DNA of 61,090 bases from a bacterium (GCA_009995545.1 JAACPI010000004.1:1-61090), one strand, 5' to 3'; shown: positions 27,589 to 36,613, counted from the stretch's first letter. A program made the numbers and translations. The notes: generated by a model not told the origin, from the sequence alone.

Positions 27589-28569
27589 ATGCACATAAAT
27601 TTTAGTTACAGCCCTTTAAAAGAGTATCAGGGATTAATTTATAATCTTTACAACGCTGAATCTGGTTTTTATAAAAATGAAGGGATGTTTTTGTGTAGTC
27701 AGCCAAATATTTCTTCAAGTAGTGTAGTTATTCCAAACATTAACGAAATTAGTAAAAAAAGTTTTTGGGCAGAATATAAAAAAGTAAAAAAAGATATACC
27801 AAAAAAATACCCAAGTTTTAAGGGTAACGAGTTTTCTAATTTATTTGAAGAAGTTTTAAAGTTAAAGGTACTGGATACTACCCCTATAAAAAGAGAATGG
27901 GGGAGTGTTGAAATTGAATTTATTAATATTATAAATACTTTGTTTGAAAATGATTTAGATGAGGTTAATGTTTATCTAACACTTTTTGGTACAGTGGCTT
28001 CCTATTACATCAAAGGCAGTGGCTTAAGCATTTATTTAAGAAAAGATGCGGATATTTCGCAAATTGCATTCTGTATTTTAAGTTATTACATTCATAAATA
28101 CCCAGGTAAATTAACTTGGTCAGAGCAACAAAGGGCAGTTGATTTTTTACTATCCAACACAAAATTAAATGGGTTATTTCCTAAATTCTATTCGGTTATA
28201 GAATCTTCTAAAAATCCTGAGTGTGATATCTCATTAATCTTAAGCTCTGAAAAATTATATAAAGAATTAGGAATTAACCTTAAAAGTTCCATAGAATATA
28301 AAAACAATAAGGTTTATATACTGGGAGAGCACGTAACTAATTTAACCAAACAAGAACAATTGGTTTTACACGAAATGTTTATAAACAAAAATCAAGTTAC
28401 AACTTTTGAACAAATATCTAATATTCTTTGGGGAGATGACTTTTCCGCGTTTTCATTACAAGCAATTGCAAAGACAGTAGAAAGGGTTAGATCAAAAATA
28501 CTTAATGCAGGTCTAAATCGGCAAGTAATTTTTACCAGGCGTAAAGAAGGTTATCTTTTATACGACTAG
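27589..28569 (+). CDS. Orphan OmpR/PhoB-type winged-helix DNA-binding protein with an unknown N-terminal domain (no receiver domain)
   Basis: The C-terminal about 90 aa (LTKQEQLVLHEMFINKNQVTTFEQISNILWGDD...AIAKTVERVRSKI...IFTRRKEGYLL) match the Trans_reg_C pattern. The N-terminal about 230 aa are unassignable. Confidence 0.6.
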   Translation: MHINFSYSPLKEYQGLIYNLYNAESGFYKNEGMFLCSQPNISSSSVVIPNINEISKKSFWAEYKKVKKDIPKKYPSFKGNEFSNLFEEVLKLKVLDTTPIKREWGSVEIEFINIINTLFENDLDEVNVYLTLFGTVASYYIKGSGLSIYLRKDADISQIAFCILSYYIHKYPGKLTWSEQQRAVDFLLSNTKLNGLFPKFYSVIESSKNPECDISLILSSEKLYKELGINLKSSIEYKNNKVYILGEHVTNLTKQEQLVLHEMFINKNQVTTFEQISNILWGDDFSAFSLQAIAKTVERVRSKILNAGLNRQVIFTRRKEGYLLYD

Positions 28570-28574
28570 TACAG

Positions 28575-28583
28575 TGGTATAAT
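28575..28583 (+). promoter_or_regulatory. Extended -10 box TGGTATAAT, 9 nt upstream of sufS ATG 28593
   Basis: The sequence reads tggtataat-tgatcgaca-ATG. This is an internal promoter that re-starts the second half of the suf cluster. Confidence 0.45.
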
Positions 28584-28592
28584 TGATCGACA

Positions 28593-29810
28593 ATGATAAC
28601 AAAAAGCATTAAAAAAGATTTTCCAATACTCTCTCGAAAAGTGGGAAAAAAACAACTAGTTTATTTAGACAATTCAGCTACAACTCAATCCCCAAAAGTT
28701 GTTATTGATTCTTTAACCGACTTCTATACAAACCACAGGGCAAACGTTCATCGCGGTATTCACATGCTTTCAGAAGAAAGCACCGTTATGTACGAGCAGT
28801 CAAGAAAAACTATCGCCCATTTTTTTGGTGTAACTCCTAGTGAAATGGTTTTCGTGAGAAACACCACAGAAGCTAGTAATTTAGTGGCATTTACTTTTTT
28901 GCAGACTTTAAAAAAAGGTTCAACAGTAATGATTTCCGAATTTGAACACCACAGCAACCTTATTCCCTGGCAAATAGCCTGTAAACAATTAAAATTAAAT
29001 TTTAAGACCGCACCGGTTAATAGCGAGGGTGAGTTGGATTTGAATTTTATTAAAAATTCCGATTTTTCATTTATTGCTATTAATCATATTTCTAACTTTT
29101 TGGGAAACATAAACCCTGTCCATAAGATAATTGAAATTGCCAAAGAAAAAAAAGCTTATGTGTACATCGATGGGGCTCAAGCAGTGGCTAGAGTTCCTCT
29201 AAATTTTAAAAAACTTGATTGTGATTTTTATTCTTTCTCGGGGCACAAGATATACGGCCCTTTTGGCATAGGTGGTTTGTATGTAAAAAAACAAATTTTA
29301 GAAAGTATGCCTCCATTTATGACTGGTGGTGGAATGATAGTTGATGTAGGTATTAAAAAATCGTCTTTTCTTAAAGATTCAGAGGGGTACGATGCTGGAA
29401 CCCCTAACGTTGGTGGGTCCATAGCTTTGGCTAGTGCACTTGATTACGTAACCCAGGTTGGCATAAAAGAAATAGCCAAACATGAACATGCTGTTTTAAC
29501 CTATATGTACGAATCTCTTTTAAAGGTTTCTGGTGTTGAAATATATGGAACAAAAAAAGTTAGTAATCGGGCCGGATTAGTTTCTTTTAATCTTAAAGGG
29601 GTTCATTCTCACGATTTGGCTAGTATTTTAGATGGTGAAGGCATAGCGATTAGAAGCGGTACCCACTGTGTTATCCCAATGCATAAAAAATTAAATATTT
29701 CTTCTAGTGCTAGGGCTAGCTTGGCTTTATACAATTTTAAAGAAGATGTAGATGTACTAATAGAGGGTGTTAAAAAATCTAAAAAAATACTTGGAGGCTA
29801 TAATGTCTGA
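28593..29810 (+). CDS. sufS: Cysteine desulfurase SufS (class II aminotransferase V)
   Basis: FSGHKIYGPFGIGGLY carries the PLP Lys, and RSGTHCVIP carries the active-site Cys loop. Confidence 0.92.
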   Translation: MITKSIKKDFPILSRKVGKKQLVYLDNSATTQSPKVVIDSLTDFYTNHRANVHRGIHMLSEESTVMYEQSRKTIAHFFGVTPSEMVFVRNTTEASNLVAFTFLQTLKKGSTVMISEFEHHSNLIPWQIACKQLKLNFKTAPVNSEGELDLNFIKNSDFSFIAINHISNFLGNINPVHKIIEIAKEKKAYVYIDGAQAVARVPLNFKKLDCDFYSFSGHKIYGPFGIGGLYVKKQILESMPPFMTGGGMIVDVGIKKSSFLKDSEGYDAGTPNVGGSIALASALDYVTQVGIKEIAKHEHAVLTYMYESLLKVSGVEIYGTKKVSNRAGLVSFNLKGVHSHDLASILDGEGIAIRSGTHCVIPMHKKLNISSSARASLALYNFKEDVDVLIEGVKKSKKILGGYNV

Positions 29811-30198
29811 TCTTTACGCTAGAGAAAATATGCTAGACCACATAAAAAACCCTAGAAATAGAGGTAAAATGGTAAACGCGGATATTAAAACTAAAGTAGT
29901 AAACAGACATTGTGGAGACATATTAAGTCTATACGCGAATATTGAGGCAGGCAAAATAAAAAAAATTACCTTTGATGGTGACGGTTGCGCTGTAGCTATG
30001 TCTAGCGCCTCAATGATTTTAGAAGATATTCAGGGAATAGACTTAAAAAATCTTTCCAAGGTAACGAAAAAGCAGGTTTTAAAAAACTTTGGTCAAGACT
30101 TGACTCCTAGCAGGCAGAACTGTGCACTTTTAGTTTTAGAAGGCCTTCAACAACTCAATAAAAAGTTAAATAAAAATGCAAAAAAAGACGAAGAATAA
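29803..30198 (+). CDS. sufU: Zinc-dependent sulfur transferase or scaffold, SufU/IscU-like
   Basis: NPRNRGK, NRHCGD and FDGDGCAVAMSSAS motifs are present. ATG 29803 is preceded by ggagg at 29794-98 and overlaps the sufS stop. Confidence 0.85.
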   Translation: MSDLYARENMLDHIKNPRNRGKMVNADIKTKVVNRHCGDILSLYANIEAGKIKKITFDGDGCAVAMSSASMILEDIQGIDLKNLSKVTKKQVLKNFGQDLTPSRQNCALLVLEGLQQLNKKLNKNAKKDEE

Positions 30199-30445
30199 AT
30201 TTAAATACGTTAACCCCGAGGACAATATTGCTGAGGTGATTAGTTTGTATCCGGAAACCGCTGAGGTTTTTTTAGCTTATGGTCTTCACTGTGTCGGGTG
30301 TTTTGCCAGTTCCTTTGATAGTATAACTGCAGGTGCACAGATTCACGGTATGGGTCTAAATGAGATTGAAGATATGGTTAAGGAGGTTAATTATATTGTC
30401 GAAGAGAATAAAAAGCTTATTAAAGAGAGAGTACAGAAAAGTTAA
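30176..30445 (+). CDS. DUF1858-type (hybrid-cluster-associated redox disulfide) small protein
   Basis: VISLYPETAEVFLAYGLHCVGCFASSFDSITAGAQIHGMGLNEI matches the conserved CxxC-containing DUF1858 pattern. Confidence 0.6.
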   Translation: MQKKTKNKFKYVNPEDNIAEVISLYPETAEVFLAYGLHCVGCFASSFDSITAGAQIHGMGLNEIEDMVKEVNYIVEENKKLIKERVQKS

Positions 30446-30459
30446 ATAACCAAAAATCT

Positions 30460-30714
30460 ATGTCATCTAAAGTTATAAAGAAAATCAAAAAAAGAGATAT
30501 TCAAAAAATAGTTGTTGATAGAGATTTGTGCATTGGTGCAGCCCCTTGTGTGGTAGTAGCTCCTAGTGCTTTTGAATTAGATTCAGAGGGAAAAGCAATA
30601 GTATTAAAAGACTGGATTAAACATACTGATGATGAGTTGTTAATTGCTGCTCAAAGCTGCCCTGTCCAGGCTATCTTACTTTTTGACAAATTAGGTAAGC
30701 AGATTTTTCCTTAA
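30460..30714 (+). CDS. Small single-cluster ferredoxin
   Basis: VDRDLCIGAAPCVVVAPSAF ... AAQSCPVQAI shows the Cys pattern of Fer4_13/15-type ferredoxins. Confidence 0.75.
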   Translation: MSSKVIKKIKKRDIQKIVVDRDLCIGAAPCVVVAPSAFELDSEGKAIVLKDWIKHTDDELLIAAQSCPVQAILLFDKLGKQIFP

Positions 30715-30738
30715 TCAAAATTATAGTTTAAAGAAGGT

Positions 30739-31407
30739 ATGCGTATGTTTAAAGCTGAATTATTAGCAAAAAAGGCCGTATCCCCAAACGTAATTGAATT
30801 TACATATAGTCGGCCTTTAAATTTCAATTATTTGCCTGGTCAGTATATCTCTATAGTGGTTGATAAAATCACAAACAGATCTTACTCTTTAAACTCTCCC
30901 CCTTTAAATAGTGAGACAATATCCTCTTTAGTGGACATTTCCCCTGGGGGTAAGGGAACCACTTATCTAAAAAAGATGGCTGTAGGAGGTTTAATTACTT
31001 TCAAGGGTCCTTATGGCCACATGATTCTACCTGATAAACTTGATACTTATAAAAATTTAAATTTTATTGCAACAGGTACGGGTATTTGCCCCTTTATTTC
31101 TATTATCTCTCATTTAGAGGGTGCAGATTTTACGGGCAAAATAAATTTGTTATATTCTGAAAAATATCAGAATGATCTTCTAGGACTATCTAATTTAAAA
31201 ATTGATAACATAGCTATTTCCTTAACCAGAGAGGAAGTTAAAGGTTATAATTACGGAAGAGTTACAGCTTACTTAAAAAAATTACCCAGGGAAAAGGCCT
31301 TATTTTTTATTTGTGGGAATACAAGAATGCTTTTAGAAGTTATAAAGTTACTAAAAAGAGATGGTGTTAAAGATTCTAAAGTTATCTACGAATCTTTTTA
31401 TTATTAG
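30739..31407 (+). CDS. Ferredoxin-NAD(P)+ reductase-like FAD/NAD-binding oxidoreductase
   Basis: RSYSL (RxYS FAD motif), GGKGTTYL, and ATGTGICPF (NAD(P) binding). ATG 30745 has better spacing to the gaagg SD and may be the true start. Confidence 0.75.
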   Translation: MRMFKAELLAKKAVSPNVIEFTYSRPLNFNYLPGQYISIVVDKITNRSYSLNSPPLNSETISSLVDISPGGKGTTYLKKMAVGGLITFKGPYGHMILPDKLDTYKNLNFIATGTGICPFISIISHLEGADFTGKINLLYSEKYQNDLLGLSNLKIDNIAISLTREEVKGYNYGRVTAYLKKLPREKALFFICGNTRMLLEVIKLLKRDGVKDSKVIYESFYY

Positions 31408-31416
31408 TTATACCAA

Positions 31417-32412
31417 ATGGATTTTTTAGAAAGAATTGAAAAATTAAAAACTAACTTAGGAGTTGTGGAAAAAGAAAAGGAGTTATCTGCTTTGGAAGAA
31501 CAAATCCAAGCACCTGACTTTTGGTTAAATTCTACAGATGCTCAAATTAAAACTCAAAAGTATAATTCTACAAAGAGTATAATTGAAAAATTCATTACAT
31601 TGGATATTCTTTTGTCCGAGGGTAAAGATACCGAAGTAGCAGAAATATTAGATGAGCTGGAAATTCTTACCTACCTATCTGGCAAATACGATTTTAATAA
31701 TGCTTTTTTTTCTATTCATTCTGGTCAAGGTGGGGTAGAGGCGATGGATTGGGCACAAATGTTGGAACGTATGTACCTATCCTACTTTTCTAAGGTAGGG
31801 TATAAGGTAACCCAGGTTGATAGAAATATTGGCGAAGAAGCAGGTATAAAGTCTGCTTATTACAAAGTGGTGGGCGATAATGCCTTTGGTTACTTAAAAA
31901 GAGAGTCAGGGACCCATAGATTAGTAAGGCAGAGTCCTTTTAATGCTAATAGTTTAAGACAAACTTCCTTTGCTAAGGTAGAAGTTTTACCTGAAATCCC
32001 CTTTAAAGAAGTGGAGCTTAATGAAAATGAATTACAAATTACTACAATGCATTCAAGTGGTGCTGGGGGACAAAATGTAAATAAGGTTGAAACGGCTGTT
32101 AGAGTTAAACACATACCTACGGGCATTGTTATCTCCAGTCAGGCCGAACGTTCTCAGCCAAGAAATAAAGAAATTGCCTTGCAGATACTTTATTCAAAGT
32201 TAGTTGAAATGGCGGAGGAAAAAAGAAAATTAGCTGAGGGGGATCATAAGGATTCTGGAACAGCTAGTTGGGGTACCCAAATAAGGTCCTATGTTTTACA
32301 TCCTTATAAACAGGTTACTGACCACAGAACTGATCTAAAAATTACTAACGCTGAGTCTGTTTTAGATGGAAATCTAGAGGATTTTATTGAAAGTGATTTA
32401 CGATCCTTCTAG
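31417..32412 (+). CDS. prfB: Peptide chain release factor 2, encoded without the +1 frameshift
   Basis: The SPF tripeptide (RQSPFNANS) and GGQ (SGAGGQNVNKVETAVR) are present. The N-terminal region is contiguous and in frame. Confidence 0.9.
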   Translation: MDFLERIEKLKTNLGVVEKEKELSALEEQIQAPDFWLNSTDAQIKTQKYNSTKSIIEKFITLDILLSEGKDTEVAEILDELEILTYLSGKYDFNNAFFSIHSGQGGVEAMDWAQMLERMYLSYFSKVGYKVTQVDRNIGEEAGIKSAYYKVVGDNAFGYLKRESGTHRLVRQSPFNANSLRQTSFAKVEVLPEIPFKEVELNENELQITTMHSSGAGGQNVNKVETAVRVKHIPTGIVISSQAERSQPRNKEIALQILYSKLVEMAEEKRKLAEGDHKDSGTASWGTQIRSYVLHPYKQVTDHRTDLKITNAESVLDGNLEDFIESDLRSF

Positions 32413-32470
32413 TTGATAAAAATTTATAGCGTATTTACCCATTTCTAACCTAGTTACTTTTTACTGATAT

Positions 32471-32479
32471 TGCTATAAT
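32471..32479 (+). promoter_or_regulatory. Extended -10 box TGCTATAAT, 6 nt upstream of ATG 32486
   Basis: The sequence reads tgctataat-gaatta-ATG. Confidence 0.45.
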
Positions 32480-32485
32480 GAATTA

Positions 32486-32896
32486 ATGAATCCATCTCTG
32501 CCGGATACAAAAAAACTCATTTCAGTGATGTTGTTTTTACTCGTGGTAGGCTTGTCTTATTTTGTTGGTGTTAAAAAGCCTGTAAATAAAGATATTACGG
32601 GTGATACCCCTTCTAGGGAAGGTAAAATATCGAATGCTTTTTTTATTCCACCCGACTCCACTGTAAAAGAAGCAAAAGTTAGGGGTAGGGTACTACCCGC
32701 CCAGATTGGAGAATTTGACGGGGCAAGCCACAAAGTTGTTGATGGCGACGGTAAGGTTTTAGTATATGCTTATACCGAAGATGATAAACTTAAGCAGCAA
32801 GAGCAGAGCGTTGTAACATTAGTAGGTTCTGTTCCAATTGGAACCAACATAAGCCCGAAAACTTTATTAAAGGTTGACTATATATCGTTTAAATAA
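32486..32896 (+). CDS. Hypothetical membrane-anchored small protein heading the ftsEX operon
   Basis: A 136-aa protein with an N-terminal TM helix (LISVMLFLLVVGLSYFVGV). Its stop overlaps the ftsE start. Confidence 0.5.
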   Translation: MNPSLPDTKKLISVMLFLLVVGLSYFVGVKKPVNKDITGDTPSREGKISNAFFIPPDSTVKEAKVRGRVLPAQIGEFDGASHKVVDGDGKVLVYAYTEDDKLKQQEQSVVTLVGSVPIGTNISPKTLLKVDYISFK

Positions 32897-33552
32897 TGCT
32901 CAAATTCGAAAACGTTTCAAAAAAATACGGCAATAAACAGGTTTTAGATGATGTGGATTTATTCGTCGACGACGGTGAATTTGTTTTTTTAATGGGTACT
33001 TCGGGGGCTGGAAAAACTACCCTTCTTAGAATGATTCTACGTGAAGAGAGCCCTGATTCGGGTAAAGTATTTTTTGATAAAAAGGATCTTCTTCAGTATT
33101 CAAAGTCAGAACTTCCCGGAATCCGGAGAAAAATAGGTTTTATTTTTCAAGATTTTAAACTTTTAGAATCTAAAAATGCTTCGCAAAATGTTTCTTTATC
33201 TTTAGATATTCTCGGAAAATCTGCCAAACAAATAAAACAACTAGTTCCTGAACTTTTAAAAAGCGTTGGGCTTTCTGAAAAGGGTAATAATTACCCATGG
33301 CAACTTAGTGGCGGTGAAAAACAAAGATTGGCTATTGCCAGGGCCGTGGCACTAGAACCTAAACTTATAATTGCGGATGAGCCAACAGGAAATTTAGATA
33401 AAGGTACCAGTTGGGAAATAATTAACTTACTAAATACCTTAAACAAGGAGAATGGCACTACCATAATTGTAGCTACCCATGATGAAACTCTAGTAAACTC
33501 ATTAAAAAAGAAAGTTTATAAAATAGAAAATGGGAGGATTCAAAATGCGTAG
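32896..33552 (+). CDS. ftsE: Cell-division ABC ATPase FtsE
   Basis: GTSGAGKTT Walker A, LSGGEKQRLAIARA signature, and IIADEPTGNLD. Confidence 0.9.
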   Translation: MLKFENVSKKYGNKQVLDDVDLFVDDGEFVFLMGTSGAGKTTLLRMILREESPDSGKVFFDKKDLLQYSKSELPGIRRKIGFIFQDFKLLESKNASQNVSLSLDILGKSAKQIKQLVPELLKSVGLSEKGNNYPWQLSGGEKQRLAIARAVALEPKLIIADEPTGNLDKGTSWEIINLLNTLNKENGTTIIVATHDETLVNSLKKKVYKIENGRIQNA

Positions 33553-34417
33553 ATATTTTAAGACGGCTTCGGACAACTTAAAAATGCAGTCAGTTATTAC
33601 TTTTGTAAGCTTAATTACTAGTACCCTAACTTTTTTTATGCTTTCCTGTTTTTTAAGTTTTGCTTTGTTATCTAACTACCTTTTAAACTTTTTAGAAAGT
33701 AAGGCTCAAATAACCGTATATTTTCAAGATTCTGCTTCTCAGGACCATATTTTAGATGTTAAAAAACAACTTTTAGATCAAGATTTTGTTAGTGATGTTT
33801 CTTATACCTCAAAAGAGGAAGCTTTGAATATATTTTTAAACTTGTATGAGTCCGAACCTTTATTAACCGAAAATGTGGATGTTGGGATTTTTCCAGCCTC
33901 TTTAGATGTTAGGGTTAAAGATATCTCTGATCTGGATAAGGCTTCTGAGTTTTTAAAAAACACTGATGAAATAGAAGAAATTAGCTACTTTAAAGAGGCT
34001 TTAGATCAATTTAAATCTTGGAGTAATGGAATTAAGTATGTTGGCTCTGTTTTAGTCTCGGCTCTTTTACTTATTAGTTTTTTAGTAATGCTTTTAGTTA
34101 CGGGCATAACCATAAGAGACAAATCTGAGGAAATACGCGTAACTAGATTATTAGGCGCTACAAACGGCTATATTCAAGGACCCTTCTTTGCTCAAACCTT
34201 TTTAGTTTCTTTAATTTCGTCTTTATTTTCCGTGGTTCTTTTCATGGGTTTGCTTCCTTTTGTTGAACCCTTTATTAGGCACCAGTTTTCCACAATTCCC
34301 ATACCGCCCGTAAGCTTCTTAACTATTTTGTATATTTTTGTAATACAGTTTGCTATTAACTTGTTTATCTCTTTTACCGGAACCTTGTTTGCGGTTAAAA
34401 AGTACATGAACCTTTAG
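33530..34417 (+). CDS. ftsX: Cell-division ABC permease-like protein FtsX
   Basis: A 295-aa protein with TM1, an extracellular domain and 3 C-terminal TMs. The R..GAT motif is present (RLLGATNGYI). An alternative start is at 33545. Confidence 0.85.
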   Translation: MGGFKMRRYFKTASDNLKMQSVITFVSLITSTLTFFMLSCFLSFALLSNYLLNFLESKAQITVYFQDSASQDHILDVKKQLLDQDFVSDVSYTSKEEALNIFLNLYESEPLLTENVDVGIFPASLDVRVKDISDLDKASEFLKNTDEIEEISYFKEALDQFKSWSNGIKYVGSVLVSALLLISFLVMLLVTGITIRDKSEEIRVTRLLGATNGYIQGPFFAQTFLVSLISSLFSVVLFMGLLPFVEPFIRHQFSTIPIPPVSFLTILYIFVIQFAINLFISFTGTLFAVKKYMNL

Positions 34418-34420
34418 CTT

Positions 34421-35686
34421 ATGCTTAACATACAGAAGGTTTTTTCGATCTTAACGGTTTTGATTGTTTCTGTGTTTTTCGTGTCCGCTATACATGGGCA
34501 AGAAGCTAGTACAACCGATGCTACTGCAAGTAAAACTTCACTAGAAAAGAAAATTCAAGATTACCAAACTAAACTAGACGACCTGGGTAATCAAAAAGGT
34601 TCCTTAGAAAAAGAAAAGCAATCACTAGAAAATCAAATAATTATTACCGGATATAAAATTGAGTCTGCCTCAATAGAAATTGCCGAAAAGATTAAAGAAA
34701 TTGAGTTTTTAACTGATGATTTAAATTTTTTAGAAACAAGATTAGATAAAATTGTTGAATCTATATCCTCCCAAGAAGAAATATTTGATCGCAGAATACG
34801 TGAAAAGTATAAAACTTCTAGGGTCAGCTCTATCCCCCTACTAGTTACTTCTAACGGGTTTTCAACCTTTATGAGTAAGGTTAAATACGATCAAATAGCC
34901 GAAGAAATGGATAAAAGCTTACTAGGGGATATGCGTTCAACTCAAAAATCCTATGAGGCTCAACAAGGAATATTAGCAGATAAAAAATTAGAGATAGAAA
35001 AAGCCAAACAGGTTGTTGAAAATCAAAAGGCCGAGTCTGAGAGACTTAAAAATGAATTTTCTGATCTAAAAAAGCAAAAAGAGAGCCTACTAGAAATTAC
35101 AAAAAACGACGAAAAAAAATATCAACAACTTTTGGACGATGCCAAAAAGGAGCTTGATCAAATACAATCTGCTGCCAGTGTTGTGATAAGAACTGGCAAA
35201 TCCGTTAGTGTAAAAAAAGGGGAAACTATAGGAACAATGGGAAATTCTGGATTTTCTACAGGTGCACATTTACATTTTAGTATCTACCAATACTCTGTTG
35301 AAGATTTTAATAACTACAATGGGTGGGCATGGTATTACTCAAAACACATTAATCCAGTTAACAAGCTAAGTCCCAAATCGGTGACTTGGGGAACAGGTTG
35401 TTATTTAGATCCCTCGGGTAGTGAGACTTCTGGTAAGGGAGATTGGGACTGGCCCATGTCTTCTCCTGTTATTACTCAAAATTATGGTAATAATACTTGT
35501 TACAATTGGATGTATGGGGGTAAGTCACACCCTGCTATTGATATGGTTAGCTACAGTAATATTTCTGTAAAGGCAATTGCTGATGGAGAGGCCTATTTTT
35601 GTAGAAATTGTCTAGGCGATGGCGGAAATGGAGTTTTTGTCTTTCATAAAGGTTCCTACATGAGTGTTTATTGGCATTTAAGGTAG
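34421..35686 (+). CDS. Secreted coiled-coil M23/LytM metallopeptidase (EnvC/PcsB-position partner of FtsEX) with permuted domain order
   Basis: A signal or anchor is followed by about 200 aa of heptad-rich coiled coil. Next comes GNSGFSTGAHLHFSIY (HxH), and further downstream WDWP...SHPAIDM (HxxxD)...YWHLR*. See the finding. Confidence 0.85.
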   Translation: MLNIQKVFSILTVLIVSVFFVSAIHGQEASTTDATASKTSLEKKIQDYQTKLDDLGNQKGSLEKEKQSLENQIIITGYKIESASIEIAEKIKEIEFLTDDLNFLETRLDKIVESISSQEEIFDRRIREKYKTSRVSSIPLLVTSNGFSTFMSKVKYDQIAEEMDKSLLGDMRSTQKSYEAQQGILADKKLEIEKAKQVVENQKAESERLKNEFSDLKKQKESLLEITKNDEKKYQQLLDDAKKELDQIQSAASVVIRTGKSVSVKKGETIGTMGNSGFSTGAHLHFSIYQYSVEDFNNYNGWAWYYSKHINPVNKLSPKSVTWGTGCYLDPSGSETSGKGDWDWPMSSPVITQNYGNNTCYNWMYGGKSHPAIDMVSYSNISVKAIADGEAYFCRNCLGDGGNGVFVFHKGSYMSVYWHLR

Positions 35687-35731
35687 TCGTTTATATAATC
35701 AGAGATATTGAAAATCTTGTATTTAGGTTTG

Positions 35732-36169
35732 CTAAACCTCTATTTTAACGATGTTAGCAACTCTTTTTCTACTCTCTATTTTCAATTTAACTAAGATATA
35801 ATTTTCAATTTGTTTAACAATTAACTCTGGCCATTCAATAACTACTACATTTTTTACATTATTAATTTCTTCTAAAATCCCTAATTCGTCTAGTTCTTGC
35901 TTGCCCGAAAGTCTGTATAAGTCATAGTGGCATAAATTTAGAAAATAGTTGTCAGTAGTTGTATATTTTTTAGCAATAGTAAATGTGGGTGAATTAACCC
36001 TAGTTTTAACCCCAAGCTGTATAGCTATATTTTGGGTAATTGTTGTTTTTCCGGCCCCTAGCTCTCCTTTTAATAAAATTGTATTACAGTTGGTTTTTTT
36101 ACACTGATTAACTAAGTACTGGGATAATTCTTGTAAACTATTTAAATCAGTATAGTCGAATGTCTTCAT
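35732..36169 (-). CDS. tsaE: tRNA t6A37 biosynthesis ATPase TsaE
   Basis: LKGELGAGKTT, NSPTFTI and HYDLYRL motifs. Confidence 0.85.
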   Translation of the reverse strand: MKTFDYTDLNSLQELSQYLVNQCKKTNCNTILLKGELGAGKTTITQNIAIQLGVKTRVNSPTFTIAKKYTTTDNYFLNLCHYDLYRLSGKQELDELGILEEINNVKNVVVIEWPELIVKQIENYILVKLKIESRKRVANIVKIEV

Positions 36170-36570
36170 ACAAGTATTTTTTTAATAAATTCAGGAGTTT
36201 TTCCCCACAAGGTTTTTAAATAAACCGCGCCAATTAGACCTCCTAATATATCTATAAAGACATCTTTTACTGCAGGACCTCTACCCTCAACAAAACCCTG
36301 ATGAAATTCGTCGGAAGAGGCATAGAGTACTACTATAATCAAAGATATTATAAATTTGTGTTTAAAGTTTTCTTTTTCAATACTTTTATTTACTAAAATA
36401 AATAAAACAGCGTATTCGGTTAAGTGTGCTATTTTGCGTATAACTAAGTCCCAGTCGTTATTCTGATTAATTCGGGCATTTGGAATGCTTGAAAGAGCAA
36501 ATATAAATAACATCCAAATAACCACCTTGTAGTATTTTTTTATAAAATTCATTATTCTATTATACTTCAA
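36166..36570 (-). CDS. VanZ-family membrane protein
   Basis: SDEFHQGFVEGRGPAVKDVFIDILGGLIG is the VanZ signature. The protein has 4 TM helices. Confidence 0.75.
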   Translation of the reverse strand: MKYNRIMNFIKKYYKVVIWMLFIFALSSIPNARINQNNDWDLVIRKIAHLTEYAVLFILVNKSIEKENFKHKFIISLIIVVLYASSDEFHQGFVEGRGPAVKDVFIDILGGLIGAVYLKTLWGKTPEFIKKILV

Positions 36571-36604
36571 TAAAGCCTAGTTCTACATAAATGCACCAAG
36601 CTAA

Positions 36605-36613
36605 TGTTATAAT
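36605..36613 (+). promoter_or_regulatory. Extended -10 box TGTTATAAT, 6 nt upstream of GTG 36620
   Basis: The sequence reads tgttataat-tttaaa-GTG. Confidence 0.4.

Noticed and set aside
31417-31520. Looked for the programmed +1 frameshift site (CUU UGA C after an SD-like element) usual in prfB
   Set aside because: The N-terminal region (MDFLERIEKLKTNLGVVEKEKELSALEEQIQAPDFW) is contiguous in one frame with no internal TGA. The gene is simply a non-frameshifted RF2.
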